Positions 57,495 to 64,000 of a DNA stretch of 64,000 nt are shown here, one piece after another (positions within the stretch are counted from its first letter, which is position 1; each line of letters opens with the position of its first letter). This DNA is from a virus (lineage: Duplodnaviria > Caudoviricetes). A program made the translations under genes and the position numbers. The DNA is taken from the IMG/VR virus record IMGVR_UViG_3300033121_002003, positions 1,764 through 65,763 of that record, one strand, 5' to 3'. Below the pieces are notes generated by a model. The model was not told the DNA's origin, did no database searches, and saw only the letters and a list, made by a program, of their open reading frames with translations.

Positions 57495-58268
57495 TTATCT
57501 ATTCCCACAGGGCTTCCCCTCATCCCCTTCCTTGGGCTGCTCTATCCCCAACCCTTTCAACATCTCCCATGCCGCCTCACTCAGCACCGTCTTGGGGCAG
57601 GCTTTGTATTCCCGGGGCATCTGGATTTCATCCCAAGCCTGCGCTGCGGGATGCGACTGATGGCGGCCATTGGCATATCCAGATTTCCCTCCCAACGGCC
57701 CGCCCTTAAACGGATCCTTGGGACAGGCATTCTTGGCCCAGTGCGCCAGCTTGGCCAGGGCTTCCTTATTCCGCTTAACCTGCCACTCCACGGTTTGGCT
57801 CTCCGCCAGCTTTGGGGTGTATTGGGTAAACATCCCAGCCTGGGTCAATTCCGCCAGTACCCCCGGCGTGACATCCTCAATCCGCCGCTTTTCCGCGGCC
57901 ACCTGAATCAACTGCCCAACAGCCACCTTGGACAGCTTAACCAAGACCTCCCGGGCCTTGGCTGATTGCTTTACCGTTCCCATATTTGTTTCCATTTCCT
58001 TTATCCCTATTCCTTTCTTGTCATCCCCTTCCTCTTCAATCTCTTCATCCCCCACCCAACTCCAGGTCATCACATACGCCCCATTATCCGACAGCGACAC
58101 TACCGCATCCGAATCACACTCCAAAGTCCCTTCTTCTGTCTTGGTCATCATCGCATCCCGGTATTTGCTGGCCGTTTCTCCTGCCAACCCCGCATAATGC
58201 GCCATTCGCTCTTGGATATGGGCCATCCCTTGTTCTTCCACTTGCCGTGGGTCAATGCTTATCCACAT
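57495..58268 (-). CDS. hypothetical protein (possible two-gene fusion)
   Basis: Internal AAGGA-ATG at METNMGTVK. Confidence 0.55.
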   Translation of the reverse strand: MWISIDPRQVEEQGMAHIQERMAHYAGLAGETASKYRDAMMTKTEEGTLECDSDAVVSLSDNGAYVMTWSWVGDEEIEEEGDDKKGIGIKEMETNMGTVKQSAKAREVLVKLSKVAVGQLIQVAAEKRRIEDVTPGVLAELTQAGMFTQYTPKLAESQTVEWQVKRNKEALAKLAHWAKNACPKDPFKGGPLGGKSGYANGRHQSHPAAQAWDEIQMPREYKACPKTVLSEAAWEMLKGLGIEQPKEGDEGKPCGNR

Positions 58269-58271
58269 TGG

Positions 58272-59093
58272 TTATTTTCCTCCAAAATCCAACCTGCCCT
58301 CCCCCGGCCGGTCCTCCCCAATCCTCACCAATTTCTCTCTCACCCTCCCCGCCCCAGGCCCGTGAGCCGCAAACCCAATCACCGTCCGGCTGGCCCTCAA
58401 CCACCCGTCCTTCATGCAAAGCTGACAATCCTTGCACCCAATCCCCTTCCCCGGCATGGACTGCTCCGGACAGGGCACCACCTTAAACTTCTCACTCGCC
58501 TTTCCCGGCTGTTTTACCCACTGGGTATAAGCCTTGGGCCCATACGGAAACCAGTTCACCACCAGGGCCGCGGCATAACCCATTTCATTGGCCAGGGGCA
58601 AATCAATCGGATTCTCCACCGACGCCAAAATACTCACCCGTCCCCACGCGGGCCGCTCCACGGCCCGCCAGGCATGGGTATATCCCCACACCGGCGCCCC
58701 GGCGGTCCTCCGCCATACCTCCGCCCCATCAGCCACAATCTGGGCCGCCAAGTTGGTCTTACAATCCCCTACCCCATGCAACCTCAACGGCCGCCCTATA
58801 GCCGCTGGATCCCCCAGCCCACCCAGAATCTTCCTTCTCTCCAGCTCCGCCAGCTTGGCTGGCCACAATCCCCGCCCACCCGCATTCACCCGGTCGGTCA
58901 CTCCCCACTTCATCGGCCCGTACTGGGCATAACATCCATTCCCCTTCCCCAGAAACCTGCAATCCTTGGGACAACTGGATTGGCTTACATAAGTCACCGC
59001 GCATCCCACCAGCTTTTTATTACTGGACTTAATCGCCAGAATCACCGCTGGTGGCCGGCGAGGTTTGACCTTTCTGATGCCCCTAATGCCCAT
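58272..59093 (-). CDS. GP88/DUF7227-like putative radical-SAM-related Fe-S protein
   Basis: KSSNKK...SCPKDCRFLGKGNGCYA; LRLHGVGD; WGYTHAW; CPEQ...CKDCQLC. Confidence 0.65.
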   Translation of the reverse strand: MGIRGIRKVKPRRPPAVILAIKSSNKKLVGCAVTYVSQSSCPKDCRFLGKGNGCYAQYGPMKWGVTDRVNAGGRGLWPAKLAELERRKILGGLGDPAAIGRPLRLHGVGDCKTNLAAQIVADGAEVWRRTAGAPVWGYTHAWRAVERPAWGRVSILASVENPIDLPLANEMGYAAALVVNWFPYGPKAYTQWVKQPGKASEKFKVVPCPEQSMPGKGIGCKDCQLCMKDGWLRASRTVIGFAAHGPGAGRVREKLVRIGEDRPGEGRLDFGGK

Positions 59094-59277
59094 CCCTTAC
59101 CTCCCTTTCCCTGCCTTCCAACTCCCTCACCTGCCGGCTCAGCTTTGCCAGCGTGACCGTCAACACTATCCGCCGCTCACCCCACTGCTTCGCCAATTCC
59201 TTGGCAGTCTCCGCCACCTGCTCATACTTCTCAAACTCCGCCGAGGTTAAAATTACCTCATCCGGTCCTGTGATCAT
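59083..59277 (-). CDS. small coiled-coil hypothetical protein
   Basis: ATG 59277 after GAAAGGA. Confidence 0.5.
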   Translation of the reverse strand: MITGPDEVILTSAEFEKYEQVAETAKELAKQWGERRIVLTVTLAKLSRQVRELEGREREVRDGH

Positions 59278-59302
59278 GCTGCCAATCCTTTCCTGTGTTT
59301 TG

Positions 59303-59408
59303 TGGTAGGGAGAGGGAGCGGAATCGAACCGCAACCTACCATAGATACTGGCTGAATCGAACAGCCCCGGTGATCAAGCCGCCGGCACCGCGCCGGATTC
59401 CCTTTCCC
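59303..59408 (-). ncRNA. tRNA-like RNA with two T-loops and encoded 3' CCA
   Basis: GGGAAAGGGA...GGCTG TTCGATT CAGCC...GCGG TTCGATT CCGC TCCCTCTCCC TACCA; intergenic. Confidence 0.6.
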
Positions 59409-59422
59409 ACAAATCCCCGATC

Positions 59423-59845
59423 TTATCGGGCCTTCTCCAACCAGTCCCTCAACCCCCCTAACAAATTCATCACCCCTTCCAAGGCCAGCCACTTCCCACT
59501 TCCCTCCCGGCAATCATCTGCCTGGATCAAAGCCAAGTCATCTAGTTGTTGCGCCAGCAACAACTGATCCACCTTCTCCTTCCATCTCCACAACTCCCCC
59601 AACTCCCCCTGCCACAACCACTCAATTTCCTTCTCCAGGTTCCATAACTCCCGATGCTGATCTGTTTGTACCTGATCCGCGATTGCTCCCATTCCCCGCT
59701 GGCGCCATGATACTGGGTCATGAATAGCCTGAATCGCCGCTCTTCGACTGGCCCACAATCTCCAAAACTTTTCCTTACTCCCCGCTGGGTGTTTCTTCAA
59801 CCCCTGGGGTATGTTCACTCCCTCCGCTTGCTGATTGTCTGGCAT
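59423..59845 (-). CDS. hypothetical protein
   Basis: GGAGG RBS, 140 aa. Confidence 0.55.
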   Translation of the reverse strand: MPDNQQAEGVNIPQGLKKHPAGSKEKFWRLWASRRAAIQAIHDPVSWRQRGMGAIADQVQTDQHRELWNLEKEIEWLWQGELGELWRWKEKVDQLLLAQQLDDLALIQADDCREGSGKWLALEGVMNLLGGLRDWLEKAR

Positions 59846-60125
59846 AATAGTCCTCCAATTCCTTTCTGGCTTCCTGCTCCCATCTCTTCATCGCCCTGGT
59901 CGGCCCCTCCTCCAAATCCCGCAGCCGCTCCAAATCCATCTTCTTTACCACATCCCGCAGCTTCTTAGTCTCCTCCAGCATCCCTGCCCCATGCCGCTTG
60001 TCCACCACTTCAGTCCAGTCGCTAGCCGCCCATACCGGATGCCCGGCTTTGGCCACCCCTTGCTGCCTAACCAACTCCGGTATCACATACCTTAGTGGCA
60101 GCTTGATTTCCAAATCATCCCCCAT
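59775..60125 (-). CDS. hypothetical protein
   Basis: GGAGGAGG RBS. Confidence 0.5.
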   Translation of the reverse strand: MGDDLEIKLPLRYVIPELVRQQGVAKAGHPVWAASDWTEVVDKRHGAGMLEETKKLRDVVKKMDLERLRDLEEGPTRAMKRWEQEARKELEDYYARQSASGGSEHTPGVEETPSGE

Positions 60126-60606
60126 ATTTATTCCCCTCCTCCACCGTCTCCCCGTGTTTCTTCACCCACTCCTCCCGGGCCTGTTTTAACTCCCCAATCA
60201 AAATCTCTGGCCCCACACGGCTGTTCTCTACCAACCAATACGCATGACCTTCATCACCGCAAACCATATCCTTCCCCGCTTCATCCACTCCAACCAGCGG
60301 GCACCCTTTACACCCCAAATTATTCCCCGACGGCCCGGTCTCTTCCTGATATATCCAGCACAACCCACACTCCTCCCACCCCATCCGCATCATTTCCTGG
60401 CCATCCTCCTCCAGTATCTTGGTCCGATACCGATACAACCCGTGCTTTTTCAAATTCTCATCCCGGACCCCTTCCCACTTCCTGATCCCATGCTCAATCG
60501 CCGCCAGGGTCCCCTTCTTAGCCGAGGCTTCCCCGGTTTCGGGATAAAACTCCTCCCGCCATGATTCAATTCCCATTCCCAAACCTCCTTTCCTTCCAGC
60601 CCCCAA
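60115..60606 (-). CDS. Cys-cluster hypothetical protein
   Basis: CGLC...CKGCPL...C. Confidence 0.55.
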   Translation of the reverse strand: MGAGRKGGLGMGIESWREEFYPETGEASAKKGTLAAIEHGIRKWEGVRDENLKKHGLYRYRTKILEEDGQEMMRMGWEECGLCWIYQEETGPSGNNLGCKGCPLVGVDEAGKDMVCGDEGHAYWLVENSRVGPEILIGELKQAREEWVKKHGETVEEGNKYGG

Positions 60607-60672
60607 AGGACCGCCAGGAAAAGACTGGGGGGGGTTGGTTAATATCCCATCCCCATCCCCACCCCCTTCCCC

Positions 60673-61200
60673 CTAATCCCTGCTCTTTATCCAACCCTGA
60701 ACCTTTTTGGTAGCTAACTTCTCCGCCAGCCCTTCCCACACAACCTTCCCATCCGGCATGCCCTTCTCCGCTTGGGCTACTTGAATCACCACCTTTCCCC
60801 CCTCCCCCTCTTTCACAAAATACAACCATTCCTCCCCCGCATCCCGAGTACCCGCCGGATACAAATAATACCCTCCCGGCTTGTGCCCCGCTTGCTTGGG
60901 ATACTGATCTGCCGGCATCGGATAACTACCCCCTCCCACTACCTTGGCCGTCTTCTCCGCCTCTTCCCACTCCTTGGCCTTCAATTCACAAATCAAATGC
61001 AGGGCCAACTCCGCCATGCCATTGGCAAAGGGCTTGGAAAATACCTTCTTACACGGTATCCCATTTCCAACCTCATACTCTCCCAGGATCTCCCCCAGCT
61101 CCTTTCCCAATCCCGCCGGATAACCATCCCACTGGGAATAAATCACCCCCAGCTCCGTGTTATCCGGCTCCTTCAAAATCACCAATGCTCGTGTTCCCAT
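60673..61200 (-). CDS. conserved phage hypothetical protein
   Basis: MGTRA...YSQWDGYPAGLGKEL motif. Confidence 0.65.
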   Translation of the reverse strand: MGTRALVILKEPDNTELGVIYSQWDGYPAGLGKELGEILGEYEVGNGIPCKKVFSKPFANGMAELALHLICELKAKEWEEAEKTAKVVGGGSYPMPADQYPKQAGHKPGGYYLYPAGTRDAGEEWLYFVKEGEGGKVVIQVAQAEKGMPDGKVVWEGLAEKLATKKVQGWIKSRD

Positions 61201-61239
61201 TCTGTCCCCCTTCCTTTGTTGTCCCCAAAAGGGCTGCCT

Positions 61240-62541
61240 CTAGGCAGCCCCAGCCTTCCCCGCCATCTCCAAATCCTTCAGCCACATCTTCCCCACCTTC
61301 CCCGCTTCGATCTTCAACTTGCTCCCGGGCCCCCATTCCGCGCTCTCCACCGCGGTATCCCCGCCCTTCCGTCCCCGGTGATGATCAACCCAATGGGTCA
61401 GGGCATGATACGGCCGGGCCAACCCCCCTAACCCCTCCTGCCCCGGCGCCGCTACCAACATCTCCTCAACCTGGCCAAAGCTCCGGCCTCCCAATCCCTC
61501 CAACAACTCCTCCACAATCCGCCGGCTTTGATCCCGTCCCAACAACCCTTCCACCACCTCAATCCGGGCCAGCCTGCCTGCCGATGGCCGATCCAAAACC
61601 CCATGTCCCCCAGCCGCCAGCAGCTCATCCAGATCAATGGGCCGCTCTGTTGGGGGCTCCTGATAATGCTTCATCACCCCGGCTACCATACGAGATTCGG
61701 TACGAATCTCAGTGGCCATCAAAATCCGCTCCCACAACGCCGGATCCATGACCTCCGCCAGGTATGCCTTCTGCGCGACCTCCGGCAATTCAACCCCGTT
61801 GAAATCCCTGGCCATGTCGCACCACTCCCCAAACTTCCGCTCAAACTCCTTGAACACCTTCCCCACCCGCTCCCGCTGATAGCCCTCCCCGTTCCGCTCC
61901 CGGTGCCCCAGCTTATACGCCACGGCCGCCATGTCCTCCCCAATCACCACCCCATTGGTACACAAAAACCGGGTAGCCTTGGGAATCCACATTGACTTAA
62001 ACCCGGGCTGATGGCTGGCCACCATTAACACCCCGGCCTCCACCAGATCCTGGTTTTTGCCCTTCATCAAATCCCCAAAATGGGTGGCATACCCTTTATC
62101 CACCCCGGCCAAATCCGCCAGCTTTGGAGAGCTCGCGTAAGCGAGCACAAACTCTCCTCCCCCAATAGCCCCGGCGTGGGTGATCACCAGCCCCCACTCA
62201 TTAGCAAACTTGGCCATATCCCCAATCACTTCCGTGTTCTTGACCAGCTGGAAATCCTTGCTACACGGCTTCCCGCCGTCGATCGCCGGATAGGGAGCCT
62301 CATCCCGCACAATCCCATACTTATCCTGCCAAGGCCGGGCGGTAACCACCGTCCCCTCCTCACTGATCTGGGATTGCATCAACCCCAGGGCCATCTTCTT
62401 GGCCTCCCATCCCAACTTGGCCAGCTCTACAATCCCTTCCGGATCGTTATTGGCCCCCCTCACATCCGCCAGCTGCCCCCGAAAGGGCAACACCGACTTG
62501 AATTTCTCCTGGACCGATTCCCGGCCAAAGTTATTCGCCAT
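61240..62541 (-). CDS. DUF932 (TIGR03299-like) protein
   Basis: FQLVKN...THAGAIGGG...SH.....TRFLCTNG. Confidence 0.75.
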   Translation of the reverse strand: MANNFGRESVQEKFKSVLPFRGQLADVRGANNDPEGIVELAKLGWEAKKMALGLMQSQISEEGTVVTARPWQDKYGIVRDEAPYPAIDGGKPCSKDFQLVKNTEVIGDMAKFANEWGLVITHAGAIGGGEFVLAYASSPKLADLAGVDKGYATHFGDLMKGKNQDLVEAGVLMVASHQPGFKSMWIPKATRFLCTNGVVIGEDMAAVAYKLGHRERNGEGYQRERVGKVFKEFERKFGEWCDMARDFNGVELPEVAQKAYLAEVMDPALWERILMATEIRTESRMVAGVMKHYQEPPTERPIDLDELLAAGGHGVLDRPSAGRLARIEVVEGLLGRDQSRRIVEELLEGLGGRSFGQVEEMLVAAPGQEGLGGLARPYHALTHWVDHHRGRKGGDTAVESAEWGPGSKLKIEAGKVGKMWLKDLEMAGKAGAA

Positions 62542-62833
62542 TCTCTTTAAATCCTTTCTCTGCCTCTATCCATTGAGGCCCATCTAGCAACCCCAGCAAT
62601 TCGTTAATCGCCTGATCCTCGCCAATCCCATCCGGCGGAAGATATCTGCCTAATACTGCCTGGCAATCCATTACCAACCCTCTCCACAACCGGATCTGAT
62701 CCCGCAATCTCACCATCCCCCGTTCCCACTCTTCCTGTTGGGTAGGCTTGGCCTTTTTCCTCCCCAAATAAGCCGCCCATATAGCAGCCCGAAACTCCCG
62801 GGGCGCCGTATCCAACGCCCGCTTCAATGCCAC
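62531..62833 (-). CDS. hypothetical protein
   Basis: ORF on coding strand. Confidence 0.45.
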   Translation of the reverse strand: MALKRALDTAPREFRAAIWAAYLGRKKAKPTQQEEWERGMVRLRDQIRLWRGLVMDCQAVLGRYLPPDGIGEDQAINELLGLLDGPQWIEAEKGFKENGE

Positions 62834-62845
62834 CTTCCGCCCAAT

Positions 62846-63115
62846 CTAATAACTGGGCTTATCCCCATGGGCCCGCTGGCTGGCCCCAACCAACGTTCTT
62901 ACTCCTACTGGCCCATCCTTATCCAAGGGCGTCACCATACAATGGGTAATATTGGGCCCGCCCTGGGCCTTACACGCCTCCCGATTGGGGGTATACTGGA
63001 AAGTCACCTTCCACAAATACCCCTGATACTCAACTGGTTTGATCATTTTGGTATTACCTCCCCATCTCCTTCCCCAATCTCTCCAACAACTCCCCCATCG
63101 GCTTTGCCAATGCAT
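62846..63115 (-). CDS. hypothetical protein
   Basis: Likely start MIKPVEYQGY. Confidence 0.45.
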   Translation of the reverse strand: MHWQSRWGSCWRDWGRRWGGNTKMIKPVEYQGYLWKVTFQYTPNREACKAQGGPNITHCMVTPLDKDGPVGVRTLVGASQRAHGDKPSY

Positions 63116-63455
63116 GCACCGATCGGGAATTCCCCTCCAACGTCGCCATCATGGATTGCAGGATCTGCAGCAGGTTGCTCTGGATTTTCTCCAGATTCTC
63201 CCGCTTAGCCGCGGCCAGCTCCCGCTGGTAAAACTCAGCCTCTTCCGCCCGGAGCCGGCGAAGCTCCTCCTGCCCCCTTCTCAGCCTAATCACCTCTCCC
63301 ACCAGCCTCATGGCCCGTTGTTGTAGCTTACCCAATCCCTCATCCGCCATGGATTCCCAACAGGCCAGAGCCGTGGCGTCCTTCTCCAACCCCGCCGCCC
63401 GTAGCCATTTGGTAATAGCGGGGGGCCGCTTCTTTTTTGTCTGCTCTGTGGTCAT
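63054..63455 (-). CDS. coiled-coil hypothetical protein
   Basis: AAAAGGA RBS. Confidence 0.5.
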   Translation of the reverse strand: MTTEQTKKKRPPAITKWLRAAGLEKDATALACWESMADEGLGKLQQRAMRLVGEVIRLRRGQEELRRLRAEEAEFYQRELAAAKRENLEKIQSNLLQILQSMMATLEGNSRSVHALAKPMGELLERLGKEMGR

Positions 63456-63457
63456 GG

Positions 63458-63736
63458 CTATGTCCTTTTCTCCCTATTCCAATCCCGATCCCTTCCAATC
63501 CACCATTCCGCATAGGGCCGGGGCCAGATCCTCTCCCCATTCCGGCGGAGCCTATAACTCCCCACATACCAATACCCCCCTAACCCCGCCGCATCCCGCC
63601 GGTGGACATGGATATAATCCTCCTGTCCACCTTTCCACCGTTTGTTGATTTCCTCCATTACCTTATTCATTCCCAGGTAAGGCCCGCCATGCCCACCCGA
63701 TCCCCAAAACAGCTCGTAGGCCATTGGTTTGGCCAT
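63458..63736 (-). CDS. hypothetical protein (may extend upstream through the Gly-rich repeat)
   Basis: MAKPMAYELFWGSGGHGGPY; frame open to 63982. Confidence 0.45.
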   Translation of the reverse strand: MAKPMAYELFWGSGGHGGPYLGMNKVMEEINKRWKGGQEDYIHVHRRDAAGLGGYWYVGSYRLRRNGERIWPRPYAEWWIGRDRDWNREKRT

Positions 63737-63804
63737 TAGGTCGCATCCCCAATTTCCAACTCTGTGCCCATTGCCCATTTGGCATATTGGGCAAAATCGA
63801 TAGC

Positions 63805-64000
<196 letters not shown>

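Noticed and set aside
59303-59408. Ordinary tRNA (Ser-TGA or Ile-GAT)
   Set aside because: The candidate anticodon hairpin has a 3-bp stem and 8-nt loop without purine 37; the acceptor stem is 10 bp; there are two T-arms

Overview
The window is a large part of a tailed dsDNA phage genome with podovirus-like organisation. No tape-measure, sheath or integrase gene is recognisable. The + arm (about 1.2-38.3 kb) encodes a dual-HTH regulator, TerS, a compositionally foreign cassette of signal-peptide-bearing adhesin-like proteins, TerL, a tailspike, portal, scaffold, major capsid, adaptor/nozzle and ejection-type proteins. The - arm (38.4-64 kb, plus a gene running off position 1) encodes replication and early genes: a UDG-exonuclease-PolA fusion with an intein, a Pif1-like helicase, HNH, SSB, a Sak4-like ATPase, a Cas4-like nuclease, a GHKL ATPase, DUF932, an MCM-like ATPase and many small ORFs. 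The host may be Acidobacteriota (Bryobacterales-like), inferred only from recalled family resemblance of the 1140-aa protein. Four observations stand out. (1) A 1766-aa putative injected protein carries an Acb1-like 2H phosphoesterase and an HExxH domain, and a Tad2-like gene lies in the same virion operon. (2) The Cas4/AddB-like nuclease appears circularly permuted. (3) An intergenic, CCA-ended tRNA-like RNA has two T-loops. (4) A Pro-rich protein with a HiPIP-like Fe-S domain and several tail-fibre-like proteins with signal peptides are present. All family assignments come from motif recognition by eye; no database searches were run.
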